A stretch of 48,847 nucleotides of DNA, taken from an uncultured Piscirickettsiaceae bacterium (GTDB lineage: Bacteria > Pseudomonadota > Gammaproteobacteria > GCF-002020875). The notes under the pieces are model-generated. The model was given only the letters and a program-made list of their open reading frames with translations, made no database searches and had not been told where the DNA came from. Each line of letters starts with the position of its first letter. The first letter of the stretch is position 1. The translations under genes were made by a program, and so were the position numbers. The stretch covers positions 1 to 48,847 of the forward strand of contig CAYFOU010000002.1 in the NCBI GenBank assembly GCA_964344805.1. Reading direction: 5' to 3'. Of this stretch, positions 16,826 to 26,710 are shown piece after piece.

Positions 16826-16857
16826 GGAGAGGGGCTTCGGCCTCTCTCCTTTTTTTA
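16826..16857 (+). terminator. rho-independent terminator with UUCG tetraloop
   Basis: Stem GGAGAGGGGC pairs with GCCTCTCTCC around a TTCG loop, followed by T7. Confidence 0.85.
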
Positions 16858-16918
16858 TGGACTACCCGTAGTAAGTGCCTGGGCACTTCCTACTGGATGA
16901 CCGTAAGGAGATATTGAG

Positions 16919-18016
16919 ATGGCACAGGAAAATACCGGATTGAGCGGGGAATCAGATACTGAGGAGGTCGTTTCTGATCCAACCCCGATGGGATCACCAG
17001 CAACGCAAGCTGAACTGGATACGGAGCACGTTGTCAGCATTACTTCGCCGGCGGCAATGAATTCAGCCTCTATTGCTGTACCAACAACACCTCAGCTTCA
17101 TGATCCAGATGTTTCAAACAAGATCTCTATCCCTGGTGTTACTGCTGGAACGGTCACCTACACGCCGCAGAGCACAGATGATGAGATCAACAACACTACG
17201 TTGAATGTTGCAGCTGAATCGCTGAAAGAAAATATCAATCTGAAGCTCTCGGAGCTGGCAAATAATGTCACGCAAGCGATTGGCACGGTCAATACCGATA
17301 TGGTCGCACAGATTGGTGATTTCAATAGTCAGCTGGATTCGTTCAAGATTTCTGTACTTAGAGCTTTTGATGATCTGAAATTGTCTGAAGTTGAGCAGAA
17401 TGATGGCATTGCCAGTGAGGTCAACCGGATTGCAGGAACACTGCTGGAGAATATCAGGGTTGTCGCAGAAGGCGTTGCCGATGCGCAATCAAAGATTGCG
17501 GCAATTGATGATCTCTATGGTAGCAGTTCAGATACGGCCAAGATCGTTTCTGAAATCCAGGGGATGATCGATACCCTGCGCGGCACCGATCTCTCTGCCT
17601 TGCAGGCAGTGGATGGTGCAATCGATGCCGTCAATGGGATGACCAGAGTCTTTCAGAAAGAGGTAGAGATGACCTCCAGCACGGGACGCTACAACTTCAA
17701 TCTGGCTCTGGAAGAGGCTCCGTCATTTGCTGTGGTTGGGGATTATGTGGTCACAGCTAATGTTGTGAACAATCCACAGGCCATGGTCTTTATCGAGAAT
17801 AAGAAGAGCGATAGCGTCGATCTCCTGGTCAAGTCATATGGGCGTCATTATGTTCCGCAGCCAGTTGATGGGGCGACTACGCCAGTGCTGATTGCGGTAT
17901 CGATCACGCATGCGCCTACGGCGAAGCTGACAAATGTTGTTCCTGTGCTGAAGGCTGATGGCTCCGGTACGGACAACGTGACTGTTGGTGAAGAGCCTGT
18001 CGTCACCGGAGGTTGA
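16919..18016 (+). CDS. fibre/decoration-like structural protein, paralogue F2 (365 aa)
   Basis: AAGGAGA RBS and the same three-part layout as F1. The C-terminal match is ..HYVPQPVDGATTPVLIAVSITHAPTA. Confidence 0.6.
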   Translation: MAQENTGLSGESDTEEVVSDPTPMGSPATQAELDTEHVVSITSPAAMNSASIAVPTTPQLHDPDVSNKISIPGVTAGTVTYTPQSTDDEINNTTLNVAAESLKENINLKLSELANNVTQAIGTVNTDMVAQIGDFNSQLDSFKISVLRAFDDLKLSEVEQNDGIASEVNRIAGTLLENIRVVAEGVADAQSKIAAIDDLYGSSSDTAKIVSEIQGMIDTLRGTDLSALQAVDGAIDAVNGMTRVFQKEVEMTSSTGRYNFNLALEEAPSFAVVGDYVVTANVVNNPQAMVFIENKKSDSVDLLVKSYGRHYVPQPVDGATTPVLIAVSITHAPTAKLTNVVPVLKADGSGTDNVTVGEEPVVTGG

Positions 18017-18021
18017 TCGTC

Positions 18022-18432
18022 ATGGCCTACAGACAACCAGTAATCAAGCTGACTCAGAGCGATACGCTGCCGCCTATTGATCTGACGGTTCTTGATAGTG
18101 AACACCCACAGCCGGGGATGGACCTGGACAGGAATAATCCTGATACATGGGCTCGCATCAATTTGTCTGCTGTGAAGCGGGTTGTCCTTCTTTTCAAGCT
18201 GAAGGAAGAGTTCAGTGAGCCTGCAGAAATTCCATGTGAGATTGTCAATGCTGCAAAGGGTAGTGTGCGAGTCGAGTGGTCAGAAGGCGACTTGGATATT
18301 TCAGGAGATTATGAAGGGAAACTGCGCATTGAATACCATGACGCAGTGAATGAACTAGAAGGCATTAAGCCTCGTTTGCTGCAGTGGACATCGACTGTTG
18401 AGTTGAAATTCAAGGTAAGCCCTCTGTTCTGA
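18022..18432 (+). CDS. small beta-sandwich (Ig-like) structural protein (136 aa)
   Basis: GGAGG lies 9 nt upstream of ATG 18022. The pattern ..IKLTQSDTLPPIDLTVLD......INLSAVKRVVLLF resembles ORF 14570. Confidence 0.5.
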   Translation: MAYRQPVIKLTQSDTLPPIDLTVLDSEHPQPGMDLDRNNPDTWARINLSAVKRVVLLFKLKEEFSEPAEIPCEIVNAAKGSVRVEWSEGDLDISGDYEGKLRIEYHDAVNELEGIKPRLLQWTSTVELKFKVSPLF

Positions 18433-18433
18433 A

Positions 18434-21400
18434 ATGAAAGGTTTTGAGGACATTCTTGCAGCGACCCAGGATGGACAGGGTATTGAGATAAAGGCGAGCC
18501 CTGATGGGTTGAGCGCGGTAACTGACCTCTATTCTCTGTCGTTCAAGGCACAGCCGGTTGATCTGAACTCTTATATCAACAGCCACAGGGTCTTTGAGTC
18601 TGAGGCGCTGATGGTGAGCAGCGTAAGCATTCAGCTTCTTCAGGATCTGGATGACTCTCAAATCAAGTCTGTGATTGCATTTGCAGAGGACGTTGCTCCT
18701 GTACTGGTTCGCAATATGACGCCAATTGAGCTTGGCCTTGGGGATGTTGCGGTTGTTGTTCCAGAGAAGGTGTTTGTTGATAGCTACACCATGGTGGATG
18801 AGACGAAGGTCTATCTTGAGTCGTACCATGGAACCCGGATGGGCTTAGATGAGACCCTCTCATCTGAGATCAATCATGTATTTGGGATCACTGTTGGGTT
18901 CAGCGGGCAAAATCTGGTATTCGTCAATGACAAGGGCCTCTCGCATTCGTTTGATGTGGTGAGTGAATCCAGTGTAGAGGTTGTTAAAGGGCCATTTGTT
19001 GAAACAGTTTCAGCATCTGATCAATTCAGCATTGAGCCGGAATTTCGTCTCAATGATTTCGTGGTGCTTGGATTGCGGCATCATAGAGAGATTGAGAAGC
19101 CGTTCTTTAAGACACTAACTCTTCCGAGTCGTGTTGCATCAGAGATTATCAGGAGCATCCCTGACGGCATTGTAACGGCCAATGATGCAGCCTCGATTGA
19201 AGCTGATAAGCCATTTGGCAGTGAGATTGTGGTTGGCGACCTCTCTTTGTCTGAAGTTGAAAAGCGAGCAAACTCATCATTGCATATAGATCACCATATC
19301 TATGCGCCATGGGCGCACTATGGCCGTATTTCACGCTTGCCATTACCGGTCGTTACCCAGAAAGAGTTCAGCTTCAATGCGCCTCTGGACAGGCTTGCAA
19401 TAGAGGATTGCATTTTTGTTCGCAAAAAATTGAGCAGGATCTGGTATTCAAATGCCGTAATACAGGATGCTCATGGGGTCGAAGTGGTTAAGGGCTTTGC
19501 TTCATCAGCAGGTACCAGCAGTCGTATGGCTGCCCGTATGGCATCGGCGTATACCAGCAAGACCAGATTGAGTGACCAGATGGTCACTGAGATCAGTCAG
19601 TATCATCACAGCATCGCCTCGCTGAGAGATCAGATAAAGATTGGAAAAATGATCTCGGAAGCTATGAATAGTGGAGTTTCCGTTATTGACTGGCAGAAAT
19701 TGATGGCAAAGAAAAACCCTATGGTTCCGCTGGGTTTTTCTCACAGCAGTTCAGTCTATGGCAGACAGAGCTTTTTTGATGCTGTGTCGTTACTGTCAGA
19801 CAGAATCGATATTGATCGATTCTCAAGGCTTATTGATAAGCTGGGGATCAAAGATGAGATTAATGTTTTAGCTGTATTTCAAAGGCCACTATTTGATTCA
19901 TTTGGCTACTCAAATACACGCACCATTGGAGTATTCAAATCCCCAATAGACTCAGCCACATTGACTGATCAGGCATCCAGGAGATCTGAAAAGTGTGTTG
20001 ATGATGCTTTTCTGTATAGCCATCAAATTGGTTATGAGGGGCGTTTAAATCTGAGTTCAGTGTTCGGATGGAGCAGTGATATCAATATCTACGCCCTGAA
20101 GCAAAAAGGGTTGCAGTGTGAGTTTGGGTATTCACAAGTCGTCACTGAGGTGGTTGATAAAGGGCTCCAGATTGATTTGGGTATGGTGAGCAGACCATCT
20201 ATCTTCAATGGTAAGAGCCTGGGTGAGGAGATGAATAGCCATTCTGCACTGGGCAAAGACACATTCCATGCGCTGTACTCCGGGTTTGGCTTTGACTGCA
20301 TGATCAATATGTATGCCCTGCGTATGCATTCTATGGGTGATCATTTTGGATTCAATGGGCAATCATGGGCGTATTCTCGGAAGGGGATTTCTGATGTTGC
20401 TGAATTGGGATCAGCGACAGCGGTTGAGGCTTCAGCCGAAAGGAGTAGCAGGCTCCTATCCCGCAACGATCTGAGTAAATCGCTGAGCAGACCACTGTCT
20501 ACTCAATTTGGGTTTGGCAATTACGTTGATTTGTATTCGCTGCTCAAGGCCAGCAATGAATCAATATTTGGCTTCTCTGGTGAGCAGCGTCATCTGGTTG
20601 CTCCTGGGGCGGTCTCTGTATCCTTGATTGAGAGCCGTGCAGGGAAAGGGGTCTCGAAACAAACGTCCTCTTCTGTGGAGATGACCATACGTATTGGTAC
20701 CTTCCAAAACAGAAGATTTAATGATGTTCTGGGCTTGCGATCACAATCTGGCCTGGTGAAACGCAGGGATGCTTTTGTGGAAAGCAGCCCTCTTTGGTTT
20801 AACTGTAATAGTGCATTGAGCACAACTGTATCGACCGCCTCTAGGTTTGACATGTACTGTGTCACAGGAGTTATACAGGATATGTCTACTGATGGTGTGA
20901 TTGGCTTTGATCACCGATACAGGTTTCAGAATGAGATAGGGGTAAATGATTCCACGGATGTGGTGCTAAATACTGGTGATGGAGAGCACCGTTATCTCAT
21001 GAATCCTGTTACAGGAGAGTGCTTTCTTGATAACGGGGATATGGCAAGAGCTCATCCTACATGGGGGCCTTGCAAGGGGCCTTCTCAGTGGAATCAAACG
21101 GTAGATTTCTATATTAGAGGCAGCCATGATTTTGCTTCTGAACTTGGTTTTTCCCAGTTTGTTGGAAAGATGCCGGTCCATGTCGATAACAGCGGGCATG
21201 TAATCGACCTCCATCAGTTCAAGTATTTTGATGGCAAAAATGATACCTATCCAACCCCATACGATACCGATTTTGACTTTCATGAGTATGGCGCAATCCT
21301 GACCAGCCGGAAGGTTAATGATGACATTAAGTTTGGGCAGTCGACGCATATCGTTGCGGTGAAGCCATTCAAGCTGGTTGATCAATTCCTGCTGCAGGTG

Positions 21401-22411
21401 GATGACATTCTCCTCTTCAGGGAGCTTGGTTTTGATGATGCGCTAGATTTTACGCACATAGGTGATTTCGTGTCTCAATGGACCGGACACTATGAGTATG
21501 ACTATGAAGTCAATCATGTGCTCAGTTTTGCAGATCGCCTTGTCAGGATGCGATTGGTTGATGTTGATGGGCAGATCTTGCTGGCTGATGACTTCAGACG
21601 CCTGCTGATTCGCAATCTGAATGATTCGGTTGTCGTTATGCAGAACCTTGCTGTGATGACTGATATTGCTTCAGATCAAATTCTTGGACTAGGCGATGAA
21701 CTTGCGAAAATGTTGGAGAGTGCAGGGCATGATGATGGATTCAGTCTTGCTGATGAAACGGTTGAGAAGCTGTTGCGCGTATACAGGCTGGAAAATCAGC
21801 TCTCATATGCTGATGCAGCATCAATGGAGACTCGGACACTTCTGACTTCTGAGCTCCATTATGCAGCTTCAACAGTGATTGCTGGAGCATATGAACTGCA
21901 GCAAGAGCAGCAAATTGAAAACCGGTTCTTCTCCAATTTCAGGTATCTGGCAGAAGCCATGGCCGTTGGTGACCATGCTGAGCTTATGCCTGATCATGCA
22001 CATAATGATTCACCGATCGGGCTGTCTGAGGTCATGGAAGATCAGCGAATTATTGCTCCATCTTTTTCAGATGGCTTTGGTATGGGTATGGCGCACTACA
22101 AATGGGGTAGTGCTGGCATTACTGATCCCATGCAAATTCAGAATCAATTTTCGTATGAATATGTGTCTCATGCTGGTGTGAGTGACGGCTTTGGCTTTGA
22201 TTCTCATCTTGGCTTCGGGCGCTATATGACTACCGAAAGTCAGATCGGATTATTTAGTGATATTGAGTACATCGTGATCAGGGATCTTGCAATCAGCGAT
22301 GGAATCGGATTCGTGTCGTCGTTCGATAGCGCCCAGCACGTAGATACACCAGACACCAATACATCAGCGCTATTCAACACATTCAGGTTCAACACTAGAA
22401 CGATCAACTAA
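18434..22411 (+). CDS. giant tail/fibre-associated structural protein (1325 aa) with about 20 dispersed (F/L/I)G(F/L/Y/W)(S/D) motifs
   Basis: Long uninterrupted ORF in the tail block, followed by tandem terminators. It has recurrent FGF-type motifs and an internal NPVTG..MARAHPTW motif (20990-21073). Confidence 0.6.
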   Translation: MKGFEDILAATQDGQGIEIKASPDGLSAVTDLYSLSFKAQPVDLNSYINSHRVFESEALMVSSVSIQLLQDLDDSQIKSVIAFAEDVAPVLVRNMTPIELGLGDVAVVVPEKVFVDSYTMVDETKVYLESYHGTRMGLDETLSSEINHVFGITVGFSGQNLVFVNDKGLSHSFDVVSESSVEVVKGPFVETVSASDQFSIEPEFRLNDFVVLGLRHHREIEKPFFKTLTLPSRVASEIIRSIPDGIVTANDAASIEADKPFGSEIVVGDLSLSEVEKRANSSLHIDHHIYAPWAHYGRISRLPLPVVTQKEFSFNAPLDRLAIEDCIFVRKKLSRIWYSNAVIQDAHGVEVVKGFASSAGTSSRMAARMASAYTSKTRLSDQMVTEISQYHHSIASLRDQIKIGKMISEAMNSGVSVIDWQKLMAKKNPMVPLGFSHSSSVYGRQSFFDAVSLLSDRIDIDRFSRLIDKLGIKDEINVLAVFQRPLFDSFGYSNTRTIGVFKSPIDSATLTDQASRRSEKCVDDAFLYSHQIGYEGRLNLSSVFGWSSDINIYALKQKGLQCEFGYSQVVTEVVDKGLQIDLGMVSRPSIFNGKSLGEEMNSHSALGKDTFHALYSGFGFDCMINMYALRMHSMGDHFGFNGQSWAYSRKGISDVAELGSATAVEASAERSSRLLSRNDLSKSLSRPLSTQFGFGNYVDLYSLLKASNESIFGFSGEQRHLVAPGAVSVSLIESRAGKGVSKQTSSSVEMTIRIGTFQNRRFNDVLGLRSQSGLVKRRDAFVESSPLWFNCNSALSTTVSTASRFDMYCVTGVIQDMSTDGVIGFDHRYRFQNEIGVNDSTDVVLNTGDGEHRYLMNPVTGECFLDNGDMARAHPTWGPCKGPSQWNQTVDFYIRGSHDFASELGFSQFVGKMPVHVDNSGHVIDLHQFKYFDGKNDTYPTPYDTDFDFHEYGAILTSRKVNDDIKFGQSTHIVAVKPFKLVDQFLLQVDDILLFRELGFDDALDFTHIGDFVSQWTGHYEYDYEVNHVLSFADRLVRMRLVDVDGQILLADDFRRLLIRNLNDSVVVMQNLAVMTDIASDQILGLGDELAKMLESAGHDDGFSLADETVEKLLRVYRLENQLSYADAASMETRTLLTSELHYAASTVIAGAYELQQEQQIENRFFSNFRYLAEAMAVGDHAELMPDHAHNDSPIGLSEVMEDQRIIAPSFSDGFGMGMAHYKWGSAGITDPMQIQNQFSYEYVSHAGVSDGFGFDSHLGFGRYMTTESQIGLFSDIEYIVIRDLAISDGIGFVSSFDSAQHVDTPDTNTSALFNTFRFNTRTIN

Positions 22412-22453
22412 AGAGATTTTCTGCTGTGCGGTAACCCGGCAGCGGATCAAGCA

Positions 22454-22511
22454 GGTCGCTCCTCTAAAAAGAGGGGCGGCCTTTTTTTTGGCCCGCATCA
22501 GGGCCTTTTTT
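22454..22511 (+). terminator. tandem rho-independent terminators
   Basis: The first hairpin (22454-22481) has a 12-bp stem with an AAAA loop, followed by T8. The second hairpin is GGCCC-GCATCA-GGGCC (22490-22505), followed by T6. Confidence 0.85.
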
Positions 22512-22529
22512 GTTCATTGGAGTAAGCAA

Positions 22530-23249
22530 ATGATCAGTGACGGAATGCAACTGAAAGGCCGTGTATCGGTAGAGAAGAATGGGGTTGTGGTTGTCGATAA
22601 GCCAAACCTCGTAACAATGGAGGGGCGTGAGTGGGTCGCCGCCCGATTCAAGGATTCGTTTGACCACGATCTCAACAGCACAGGCGTAGGCGGTCGCAGT
22701 AATGCGCAGATCCACTATATGTCTGTAGGTACCGGTGGATATGACGGCAATCCAAGCCTGATTGATACCGGTGGCACTGGGTTCCCCGCTGGCTATGGCG
22801 TGACTGATGATCCAACTGTCAGCTATCAGGCTGAGAAGACCGACGTGCTGATGGGGCAGCCAACCTGGAATGCTGCGCTCCAGAATGAGGTGGATCGTGT
22901 AGAGCTGGGCGTGGAAGGCTCGATGAGTGATGCGGTCAACTTTGGCGGGAACGTCATGGATAACAAGATCGTCTTCATCGCTGAGTTCCATCCTGACACT
23001 CGTTATGGCACCGAGCTGAGCATGCAGGAAGATCAGTTCCAGCCACTGTGTGAGGCGGGCCTCCACAATGTCGGCCTGGACATCTTCGCAGAGTCTACTG
23101 ACTATGTGAATGGTCGTGGCTCCGCTGGTAATGCAACGTGGTCTCAGCCATCGCATGACCGCATGGTTGCTCGCGTCACCTTCCCAACCATCTCGAAGGG
23201 GCCTCTGGATCTGATCCGTATCACCTGGACTATCACCGTAGGTGGCTAG
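22530..23249 (+). CDS. abundant virion/tail structural protein (239 aa)
   Basis: Its leader TTGGAGTAAGCAAA is identical to the MCP leader. The ORF-track start 22488 lies inside the terminators. No motif was recognised. Confidence 0.55.
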   Translation: MISDGMQLKGRVSVEKNGVVVVDKPNLVTMEGREWVAARFKDSFDHDLNSTGVGGRSNAQIHYMSVGTGGYDGNPSLIDTGGTGFPAGYGVTDDPTVSYQAEKTDVLMGQPTWNAALQNEVDRVELGVEGSMSDAVNFGGNVMDNKIVFIAEFHPDTRYGTELSMQEDQFQPLCEAGLHNVGLDIFAESTDYVNGRGSAGNATWSQPSHDRMVARVTFPTISKGPLDLIRITWTITVGG

Positions 23250-23380
23250 TCCCCGGGCCAGGCGGTTGCGGGGCTCTTGCCCCGTAACTGCCATCAGTTT
23301 TTTCGAATTCAGTGACGCCATACAGATTGCGTCTAATTCAGCAATTACAGCTTATTGCTGACAGCTTTGAGGATATACAA

Positions 23381-25951
23381 ATGGGCAGACTACGTTTTGA
23401 GAATGATGCGAGTTGGAAGCTTGCCGCACAAATCACCGCTGACACAACTGAGATTCCGATTGAATCATCAGTTGGGTTGCCGGTGCTGAATGATGGTGAC
23501 TACTTCTATGCGACGATGGAAGAAGGTCAGAATGCTGAGGTGGTGCGTGTTGATTCCATTGCACTCAATGCGGATACTGGAGGTGCTGTGTTGACTGTTC
23601 AGCGAGCACAAGACAACACCTCACCGTATCAGTTCAATGCCAATGTGACAATTGAGATGCGGGTCAATGCGGCAATTATGCGTGACGTGATCTCTGAGCG
23701 TTTGGCTCTGGAGCAGCGGACTATCGACAATGCTGCTGCAGACAAGGCTGAGTTGACTGCCATGATTAGTGCCAATGGTGCGGGTGGCTCAACCAGTCAG
23801 CTGGTGGCATCTGCGATGAATCGGGTGTTGTGTGATCAGATGCTGACAATTCCGGCCGGGAGCACTCATGTGTTCTCTCACGCCTCTGACCCATACAAAA
23901 TACGTAGTGTCTTCATTGAAAAGGAGGTCCCGGGTATCACTAAAAGTGTAGAGATTTCTCAGCTATCGTATGTGATGACTGATGCTGCACTGAGCACGAT
24001 TGTTGATGGAGCAGCCATCGTTGATGGCCCAGGACTTCGAGCAGGAGATGTGTCGCTGGACGACTTACTGAAGGGAACCCAGAAACCCACTTGGGGTGGA
24101 TTCTGTGGAATATCCACAATGGCTTTGGGTGACCACACCATCACTGCGGCAGATGGAAAGCTGTTTGGTGCAACAGAGATCAGGCATGTTTCAAGCTCGT
24201 CTGCCTTCGATGTGCATGTGTCAGACAATGGAACAGACTGGGACACTGTGTATTCATGGGCTCCAAATGGGGCCGTTGAGATGGTTATCTCACCTATCAA
24301 TATCCGCAATAAGCACATTAGAATTTCAATGACGGGATGGGATGCAGGGTATGAGAACCGGTATGCCTCCATATTCTGTAACGGTTCGGAAGTGGGCGAC
24401 GCAGGTGCCAACGGGGTATTTGATCTGAAGGAGTATGAGCTCAGTGGGCTGTCGGTCCAGGGGGAAACTATCCTCCCTGATTCTATATCTGTGCTCGCAG
24501 TGGCGACAGTGCAGCAGACTGCGATGGTAGCCAATAATGCAAAGACTGCTCTCTCATTTGATGATGGAGCCACCTGGGGAGCATTTTCTGTAGATCATGG
24601 TTCTGTTGCGGTGCCAAATGGTGCCTCCAATATGAAAATCAAGGTTTTGAATGAGGCTGAAGAGTCCGATTTTGCCTCTATTGTATTTGATAAGGTCGGT
24701 GTATCCAGTTGGTTGCTCGACAATGAGACGATGTGGGAAGTGAATATGGGGTTATCAACATCCACCAATACACCGATCACAAATGTCAGTGGTGAGGATA
24801 AGAGTGTCCGTGTGCGTATCGGCGCGACTTCGGTGCTTAAATATGACTTTACCAAGACCATTCCTACAGGCAGTTCTGAGGTGCTGGAGCTTCCTGTGGC
24901 GCATGGTGGAAACACGGTTGCCCATCTGAAACAGTATGTCCCAGGGGATATGGTCAGTGATGTGAAATGGGATTTTGACGTGGTTGATCGAGGCAGTTGG
25001 GATGGTGGCTCAATCCGTTTTGGTGCTATTGGGCTGGAAGATGAGTCTGTCGTGCTTGCAAGCCAGCAGGCTCCGGGAGATTTCTCACAGTTTGTGCAGC
25101 AAGCTACGACTATTACCAACACCAGCTATAGTGGCTATCCACCCATGTCAGATACATCCCTCGGCTCTCATGGTGAGTTGGGAACATCATGGACCTATGT
25201 GGGTGATGCTGGTGCAGGCAATGTATGGAATGTCAGCACCGTAACTGCTTTGGCACGGAGTGGCACATACCCGTACACAGCAAAGTGTGAGTGGTTCCTG
25301 TCTGATGATGGGAGTAGCTGGGTGAAGATTGGTGAGAGTCAGGGTGGAGTGACTGGGCAGGATGAGGTCATTGCCATGGATGGGGCAAAGTATGGTCGGT
25401 ATTTGAAGATTTATCACCACCCACAGCCCAGGAACGGTCATTCGCTATCGATTGTGAATTATGACAATACTGATCTGAAGATCCTGACATTGAAATATGC
25501 TCCATCTAGCTTGATTACCTCTCTGTCGCCTGTTTCAACAGCCTTGGCTGAGTCTGTGTCTGGTGTGTCGGCTGCAGAGAGCAAACCGTCTGGAACCGAT
25601 ATTCGTTATGCCCTCAGCTTTGATGAGAAGCAGACATGGAGAGGGGTTGGAGGTGTTGTGGTGTTTGATGTTGCCACAGAAGGGATGACTAAAGCAGAGA
25701 TGGAGTCTTTTGATTTCTCATCCGTCTCTATTGGTGAGTTTCTTGATGTTGCTATCGCACTATCAAGTACGGACCAGGTTGTTACTCCTACAGTCGACCA
25801 GATTAGTGTCAACATGACGACAGCAGGGATGTGGGCACATACAGCTGCTAATCCTGATAGCTTGATTGTTGCAGAGGATGGAGAGAGGACAGTCCTTGTG
25901 ACCAACAACTCTGGAACAGAGAAAACGCTGAGAATAACAGTCGAAGTATAA
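23381..25951 (+). CDS. tail fibre/spike protein (856 aa) with two discoidin-like (galactose-binding-like) segments
   Basis: GAGGAT RBS before ATG 23381. It has a conserved fibre N-terminal domain (..GDYFYATMEEGQNAEVVRV....LTVQRAQDNT). The segments ..VHVSDNGTDWDTVYSW.. and ..WFLSDDGSSWVKIG....GRYLKIY resemble F5/8 type C modules. Confidence 0.6.
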   Translation: MGRLRFENDASWKLAAQITADTTEIPIESSVGLPVLNDGDYFYATMEEGQNAEVVRVDSIALNADTGGAVLTVQRAQDNTSPYQFNANVTIEMRVNAAIMRDVISERLALEQRTIDNAAADKAELTAMISANGAGGSTSQLVASAMNRVLCDQMLTIPAGSTHVFSHASDPYKIRSVFIEKEVPGITKSVEISQLSYVMTDAALSTIVDGAAIVDGPGLRAGDVSLDDLLKGTQKPTWGGFCGISTMALGDHTITAADGKLFGATEIRHVSSSSAFDVHVSDNGTDWDTVYSWAPNGAVEMVISPINIRNKHIRISMTGWDAGYENRYASIFCNGSEVGDAGANGVFDLKEYELSGLSVQGETILPDSISVLAVATVQQTAMVANNAKTALSFDDGATWGAFSVDHGSVAVPNGASNMKIKVLNEAEESDFASIVFDKVGVSSWLLDNETMWEVNMGLSTSTNTPITNVSGEDKSVRVRIGATSVLKYDFTKTIPTGSSEVLELPVAHGGNTVAHLKQYVPGDMVSDVKWDFDVVDRGSWDGGSIRFGAIGLEDESVVLASQQAPGDFSQFVQQATTITNTSYSGYPPMSDTSLGSHGELGTSWTYVGDAGAGNVWNVSTVTALARSGTYPYTAKCEWFLSDDGSSWVKIGESQGGVTGQDEVIAMDGAKYGRYLKIYHHPQPRNGHSLSIVNYDNTDLKILTLKYAPSSLITSLSPVSTALAESVSGVSAAESKPSGTDIRYALSFDEKQTWRGVGGVVVFDVATEGMTKAEMESFDFSSVSIGEFLDVAIALSSTDQVVTPTVDQISVNMTTAGMWAHTAANPDSLIVAEDGERTVLVTNNSGTEKTLRITVEV

Positions 25952-25961
25952 AGGGACCATG

Positions 25962-25989
25962 GAGCCTGACCCTCAACAGGGTCAGGCTC
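25962..25989 (+). other. perfect 12-bp stem-loop (GAGCCTGACCCT-CAAC-AGGGTCAGGCTC) without U-tract
   Basis: Read directly from the sequence, 10 nt after the fibre-gene stop. It could be an RNA stability or processing element, or a weak terminator. Confidence 0.5.
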
Positions 25990-26020
25990 AGATGCATGCA
26001 ATTGGGCAGGAGTAAACCTT

Positions 26021-26698
26021 GTGAGCACAGCAGAGGCCCCATCAAGCAGCCATGAGATTGAGGTCCATAAGTTTTATGGGCAGGTTGCTGGCGATCTCAA
26101 GTGTTTGGATGAGAAGCAAAAGAGGCTGGAGGGAGACCTCAAGGAGTCCAAATCAGATTTTGATTCTGGAATGAAGTCAGCCCGAGAGGGGATGAGTGGC
26201 CTGCACCATGAAATTGATGGGCTTGGTTCATCCATTCGGAAACTGGTTGATAGTAAAGAAGAGAAGTATCGAGAAAAACTTGGTCAGGAGACAGAGGGGC
26301 TGAAGAAGTCGATCTCACTGTGTGCGACACAAGAATCACATGTGCATCTTAGTCAGAGAGTTGGAACTAGAGCATCAAAAGTAGCACTTGGCGATCTTTC
26401 TGCACGGGTTGATGTCCTGGAAGACAGTGATAACGAGCGCATCGGTGCGACCAAAGCCAGTGTTCGGGCGGTCGGTTGGTGGGCAGCTGTAGCTGGATTC
26501 ATTCTGACAGTGCTTATCACGGGATCAAGTGTCTGGTTTACCTATTCGATGCAAATAGAGAGAGAGCAAAAAGAGTTTGAGAAGAACACCCTCAAGAAAG
26601 ACCTGGAACGCTATGAGAAGAGGATCGAGCTTCTTGAGCAGATACTGATTTGGGGGAAAGAAGGCCCCCAATATTCCCCCCCCATCCCAAAACAATAG
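26021..26698 (+). CDS. single-pass membrane coiled-coil protein (225 aa)
   Basis: GTG start with AGGAG 8 nt upstream. A hydrophobic span VGWWAAVAGFILTVLITGSSVWFTY is flanked by charged helical regions. Confidence 0.55.
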   Translation: MSTAEAPSSSHEIEVHKFYGQVAGDLKCLDEKQKRLEGDLKESKSDFDSGMKSAREGMSGLHHEIDGLGSSIRKLVDSKEEKYREKLGQETEGLKKSISLCATQESHVHLSQRVGTRASKVALGDLSARVDVLEDSDNERIGATKASVRAVGWWAAVAGFILTVLITGSSVWFTYSMQIEREQKEFEKNTLKKDLERYEKRIELLEQILIWGKEGPQYSPPIPKQ

Positions 26699-26710
26699 AA
26701 GGAGAACCAT

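Noticed and set aside
26676-26683. C8 tract near the 3' end of ORF 26021-26698 as a phase-variation switch
   Set aside because: A single-base slip would change only the last few residues and add about 10 codons. It would not fuse or silence any gene, so the functional consequence is unlikely.
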